The translations under genes and the position numbers were made by a program. Positions 58,337 to 64,000 of a DNA stretch of 64,000 bases are shown here, piece by piece. The stretch is from NCBI GenBank assembly GCA_040357565.1, contig JBDODJ010000062.1; one strand, 5' to 3'. Below the pieces are notes generated by a model. The model was not told the DNA's origin. It made no database searches and saw only the letters and a program-made list of their open reading frames with translations. Origin of the DNA: Cercozoa sp. M6MM (taxonomy: Eukaryota > Protista > Endomyxa: Ascetosporea). Each line of letters starts with the position of its first letter. The stretch's first letter is position 1.

Positions 58337-61300
58337 TTAATAAATGTCTAAACTTACAGTCGAGTGTGCGTGGAAGCAAGAAAACACGTCAGATCTTCCG
58401 TTGGCTGCTCGAATTGCGTTGCGTCTGCAGCGCCATAGCGGTACGTGCCAGCAGCGCAGCTGTGCCCTGGAGACACTATGTACGACTTGCCCGGTGCATT
58501 TATATACCTTATTTACTGAAACCATGGCACTCTAGCTGAGTTTTACGTCTATAGTTTAGAGCTTCACGTGCACTAAAAAGCCAGGATACAGTACATTTGG
58601 TGCTGTTGCAGGAGACGAGACTGTCAGTGTAATTTACTGTACCCGTAAGTTTGACTTATACAAGGCAGACCTGGCGACTGTAAATTTATTGTTCGGCGCA
58701 ATTGAGAAATTCGGAGTACAGGTGAAGTTCCTTCGCGTCGGCGCGCGTTCTGGGATCGCTGTCTCACGTGAACCAAGCATCAGTCACGAGTGCACCTTCC
58801 ATAGTAGGTACAAGAATAGAGCTGCACTTACACGACAAAGCAGCGCCGCAGGAAGTCGCGTAGTCTCCGAAGATCACGCGCGTGCAAATCTACGCTGCCG
58901 TGAACGTTGTCGTTGTCGTTGATATCACTGACTGGACTCGGAGGATGCAGTGTTTCAGCTAGAGATTCGACCGTCGCTACAGCAATACATCTTAGCTCTG
59001 TGCATACAGTACCTACTCATACAAAGGCAGGGTGTCACTTAGTTTCAAGTGAGTGAGCAGTACCAGTTGTGTCCAAGCAAGTGCAGCTCTCATCACTGTG
59101 CCGACTGCTGTCGTATGACTCAGTCGACAAGTAATGCTGTGTACGCAAAGTGCCAAGTGCCAACGACAGCAATGTTTGTGTGACTCGATCGACGTCTCTG
59201 TGTACAACAACGAGCAGACATTTGTTACACCGAGGTACACCAAAGTAGTGCGCGTACCCACGACTAAGCACACGCTCCTGCGAGGTCTCGTGTATTGTGC
59301 TCATGGGCACACTGACCAGCGAGTCGTTGTGGCACTGCATGACACTGTAGGAGCGCACCACCTTGTCCAGAAAGTGCGGCAATGACTGTACACACGCACA
59401 AGGAAAGGTAGGCCTATACGCTAGACTGCGCGTGTGATGTGTACTTGGTTGCGACTGGCCAGCTGGTGAACGAGAATGCCGAGTGCCCAGACGTCGATTC
59501 GGTCGGACAGGTGGATGTCGGCAATGTCGACGACGGCCTTGTTGTTGGTGCAGCTGTGGTAGTGGTGTGACAACAAAACTACCTCTGGCGCGCGTGCAAA
59601 CCATGTGCCGAACGAGGTGCGCGTGTACAACTGCATGGGTCCGAGTGGATTCAGAGTAGAGTACTGGGTTCAAACTTTTAATAAATTAAAACAGTGCTGT
59701 AAATGTACCACAGGGCGACCGCACTGGTCTCGCTCTACTGGGTGCAAGGCGTACCCAGGCAAGTCACGTGTTCGAACGCTACAAGCAAAGGCGTACTCTT
59801 CTCAGCAATGGATAGCAGGTCAAGAGGGGGAAAAAGGTACAGAGGGTAAGGGGGCAAGGGTAAGAGGGTATGGGGACAATCGGGGTAAGGGGGGCAAGGG
59901 GTACTGTCGTACCAATGACCGAAATCCGAAAGCAAGACGTCGAAAGATTCCGACAGAAGCGTGTTGCCGAGCTTCACGTCACAGTGCGTCCAGCCTGACA
60001 GCGGGGTGGGGAGGGGTACAGTAATATAATAAACACTTTAAGGACAGTGATTTATGTACCGTGCGAGTGTATGTGAGACAGAGCACTCGTGACTTGTGTC
60101 GCCACGTGCCGCAGCAAATCGAGCTTTTTACATAGTAATCATTGATGGGATACTGGCAGTCACTCGATGTGCGGGTACCTTTTGATGAAGAGGACCCCAC
60201 CGCGACGATAGGTGGTGCAGAGAGTTGAACGATGCCACTTTCTAAAAGAAGAGGTATTTAGGGGTCTGTATAGTATGGACTTGACATACCAACCAGATGG
60301 CGCCACCGTCAATGCTTTCGTGATGGCATAGCATCTGCACAATGTGCCGGTGCTGTGCTGCCTTCGATTGTAGGAACCTGGGAGCGAGAAGAGTCGTTAC
60401 GCAAGGCGCTCTTTCAAAAAAGTGAAACAGTACTCGACTTCACAGCGAAAGTCGCGCAGTGCCATGCATTCGTCGATTGGAACGTCGTCGTTGCTGCCGT
60501 TTTGACGCTCGTTGAAACTCATGTAGCCGACCTTGTTGAAGTGTACTAGCTACAGCACAGGTAAAACGTACCCAATTTAACACGTATCGAAAGTGCACAA
60601 GTAGACAAACCTTGACAACGGCTACCAGTCCCGTGTGCAAGTGGAGACACTGGTACCTGCTCAGGTACAATGTGGGTCGCTGCATTTGTCTGAGAAGTAT
60701 AAATCAAGGTACACGTTGCGATGCAAGGCAGGCAGCTGGAGACTCCAGTCGCCCAGTCGCACCGTGCTTGGCTTCACTTGTGTCTCTGCAAGGACTCGGA
60801 TACCTCATACACTTGAGATACTGTACTGTACAGGCTGTAAATTTACCAGAAGGAGCGTCGTCCTGCGCGCAGACAGAGAAAGTCAGGAGGTCCTCTTTTT
60901 CGAATGCCTGTCTTGTTTCCAGAGAGCGCTTTGGCTTGCGTCGCCAACGCAGGAACACGCAGATTGCGGCCAGCGCTGCCGTCTGCAGAGACAGATTCAG
61001 CCAATGCCAGATGGGTGCGATACAGCGAAGTAAACTTAAACCCACCAGGAAGGAAATGGCCAGCAGCGACACGCGTGATGGTCTCTGCGTCAGTGCGCCC
61101 AACAAGTGCTCCGTTGAAAAATATCAGTGGCTCGGTGGGGTATGCCCGAGTCGTTCTAGGGATGTTTGGTATCGATGATGACACTCTGCGCGGTGGTGGA
61201 TGGGGCACGGCGCTGTCTTCTGCGCTCTGTGTGCTAACTCTGCTCTCGTTGTCGGCAATGCCACTCAGCGCCGTGTCATGCACAGTGTCGTTAAGAGCGT

Positions 61301-62581
61301 CAGTAGACTCAGACTCACTACGAACGATTTTGCCATGGTCACTCGATTGCGATGTGGGACTACATTCGCCGTCTTCATCCGTGTGTGTATCTTCGACTGT
61401 TTCTGTTTTGTGTTCCTGTGCCAGCTGTCCCTGTTGTATCTGTTGCTGTTGTGTCTGCATTTCTTCTGTCGTTGTGCCACTTGTTGCGCTTTCAGAGGCT
61501 TCACAGTATTGATGATTATACTGGAAGATAGGAGTGCAGTGCAGTACCAGTATCATTGGCGATACTGTCTTTGTTCTTCTTCGTCGGTGTGAAGGCAGAA
61601 TTAGGAGAGCTCGTGCTGGTTTAACAACGGAGAAGAATTCGGCATCACATCGGTAATGGGAGACTACTACAGTAGGAGTGAATCACATACATACTACTGG
61701 GCGAGGAGCCCCCGGCTGTCGTACAAAGCACACAAACAGTGCATTAAATTACCACACGCCACTGTAACTGGAGGTATAGACACAGTAAATGTAAGTTTAC
61801 TTTCCGGCGACCGACTTTCGCTTGGTGTAAAAGGAAGTGGCACCGGCCGTACTCGAATCACTCTCATAGGTGTAACTCGCCCAGGCTTTTCGGGCGCCCC
61901 TCTTTTAACTTCGCACGCTGGCATGGGTGTTGAAGGTCTAGTCGCGTACCTGCCAGCAAATCGATAACAATTTACTCATCGCTAATCAGCAAACTTACGA
62001 ATCAGGAATAAGCACAGACACAGTGCTTATAAGTTTATGTAAATTAAATTGCCTGGGTATGTAAATTGAGTGCGCAGTACCTTAGCTTCAAAGGTGAGCT
62101 CTGCTCGGCAGTCCGAGCCTGCTCTTTCAACTCGGGCAAGGTATGCAAGTCAGCTGTTGGATTGGGCGTAGGTGCGGTTGCTCTGTTTTTGGGTATCGGG
62201 GATAAAAGTTCGCTCGTTGCGACAGTGTCTGCCGTTGTTGCTTCTACGAGTCCTTGCACACAGCGAGTTCCAGTCCGTCTGCCAACTGATGCTACAGTAC
62301 AGTTACAAAGGAAGAAAACTCAGGGACAGCAAGTTTATAGTTTGATCAGTTTTTAAGTGTGGTGCTGCGGAATTTACAGCCACAAGAAGAAGGACCGGGT
62401 GTGCTCTCGACCGGACTTAAACTTGAAAGACAGCTTCCGGTGCGCGTCGCCGGCGACCCTTGCTAATAAAAAACAGTTACGTAGTTTAACATTGTTGCTT
62501 CGTATCGATACTGTACCCCTTTTCCGGATCCCCTGACGACCTCAACATCGACATCGGCTGAGTTAAGTGTTGGCTGCCCAT
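58337..62581 (-). CDS. Divergent protein kinase with an S/T-rich N-terminal region and a putative TM segment; both ends uncertain
   Basis: TGLVAVVK, FRCEVE, HRHIVQM, QVTSALSHIHSHGWTHCDVKLGNTLL, SDFG, GTWFARAPE, DVWALGI. Confidence 0.75.
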
Positions 62582-62936
62582 CAAAAGGCAGTACAGTAAA
62601 TTATATTTCTAACTTAAACATACTTTAGTGAATAAATTTAGAAAAACAACACATTGCACAAAAAACAACACACCGCACTTATCCCTCGTCGACTCGCGAT
62701 TTCTTCCGTTTCTGGGTCAGACTGGTCAGCGACGTTCATTTTCCGTTCCATCCGTGCGGTAGCAAGGAAGTCTCGGCGCCTTTAGAGTGTCTTTTCGTCA
62801 GAGGTTCGCCATAAGGCCCGTGTTCGGACTTTCGTCTGCGTTTGGTCGCAGGCCCGAGTTGTCGCTAGCCGCTAGCGCTCGGCAATACAAGTACTTACTG
62901 CTGGGCGGCGTTTCAAACCGGACCCTTTTTCTTTAT

Positions 62937-63084
62937 GCGCCAACCATGAAGTCGACTTCGGTGCCTTGGGGAACGTCGAAAGGGGAGTGTATCGTATGGT
63001 CCTACCCTAAGCGGGTGGTAGACACGGCTATGCTCTTATGACCCACCCCAAATTGGTGCAGGGGAACTACATAGTTGGTTTTCT
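62937..63084. other. Dispersed ~148-nt structured element, copy B (inverted relative to copy A)
   Basis: Its reverse complement aligns to 40342-40481. On the + strand it reads GCGCCAACCATG...CATAGTTGG-TTTT. Confidence 0.75.
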
Positions 63085-63172
63085 AGACTCAACTAACTAT
63101 CAGCTTTACGATATTGTCAGAAAGTTGCACGGGCGATGGCATGCACGCAGGCGGGGTCAGTGCAGGCCGAGG

Positions 63173-64000
63173 TCATGTGGCCTCTCGGTTGGCCCGCGTT
63201 TCCGAACGCAAGTCGTCGCGTTGCCCGTTGACCGGCGTGTTGTGTGGCTGCACAGGCGTACTCAAAGATAAATATATACATATATACAAATATACTTCTA
63301 GATAATATATGTAATAAACACACACATATATATATATACACATGCATGTATGTATAGACAGATGTATAGATATAGATACCACAAGAGGCGGCGACAGCAG
63401 GTCGACAGCGGCCCCGCGGCCGACGGCGATGGCGGCGTCGCGCGTCACGATGAGTCGCAGTCCGCGCAGCGCGTCGCCGCCGCTCGAGTTGACGCTGGCC
63501 GCCTCGCGCAGGATGGCCAGACCAGCGGCGACGTCGCGCTTCTGCGCCTCGTTCAGCTCGAGTTGCAGCGAGTCCAGGTAGCGCCGCATGCCCTCCGACT
63601 CGTCCTCTTCAAGCTCTTCCGACTCCTTGGACTCTTCCGACTCTGCATTGGGCTCATTGGACTCGTGGACATCGTGAGTCGGTGCACTCGGTCCAATAGA
63701 CAGTCCGGTAGTCAGTCTAGCAGTCGGTCCAGCATTGGGCGGACTGGCCGGCGCATTGTCCTGCTCCAGTAGCAGGAGAAACTCCTGCTCCAGCGAGTCG
63801 TGCGACAGCGACAGCGCCACCGGCGTCACGCCGCCCACGTCGCGACCTGTCGCGCCTCGCATCGTCACCTGCGCGGGGAGGGAGGGGGGGTAAGAGGGGT
63901 AAGGGGGACGGTGTAAAGTACAGTGGCAGGCGCCGCTCGCGGCAGGTGCAACACCGGCGTTATCACCGACTTGTCCGACTCATTGGTCTGGGGGGGGGGG
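63173..64000 (-). CDS. 3' part of a hypothetical protein (acidic and helical); 5' end lies outside the window
   Basis: Long exon ~63380-63868, a (TA)-rich intron, and a last exon PHNTPVNGQRDDLRSETRANREAT*. Confidence 0.6.

Noticed and set aside
63072-63090. Helitron 3' end (hairpin plus CTAG)
   Set aside because: CTAG is followed by A rather than T, copy A reads CTGA, and no matching 5' TC terminus or GC-rich subterminal hairpin is evident. Kept only as a weak alternative.

Overview
Gene-dense, very intron-rich nuclear DNA of a unicellular eukaryote. It encodes a flagellar protein (SPAG6/PF16) and mitochondrial and probably peroxisomal proteins. The genetic code appears standard and all introns I traced are GT-AG. 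About 23 spliced protein genes were reconstructed by hand: HSBP1, a CCR4/nocturnin/Angel-type EEP, SPAG6, an STPG-like protein, RIOX1/NO66, GST-kappa, an FG-GAP protein, syntaxin-6-like, an ABP34-like actin bundler, SmE, mL41, myosin, DNAJC8, RRP46, an HxxxD acyltransferase, a Rab, Mpo1/DUF962, mS23-like, NUDT17-like, a divergent kinase and several hypotheticals. The scaffold has five 100-N gaps. The most novel signals are non-coding. (1) A ~145-nt element closed by an inverted repeat occurs twice (40342-40481 and, inverted, 62937-63084), each copy ~85-90 nt downstream of an unrelated stop codon. (2) A related short stem-loop (TAGTTRGTT-AGTCTA(C)-AACCAACTA) lies just after the stops of four unrelated genes. 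(3) Many introns are built from tandem repeats whose unit overlaps the splice junction, or from telomere-like G/C-run repeats. Exon boundaries and family calls come from reading the sequence and recalled motifs; no database search was run.
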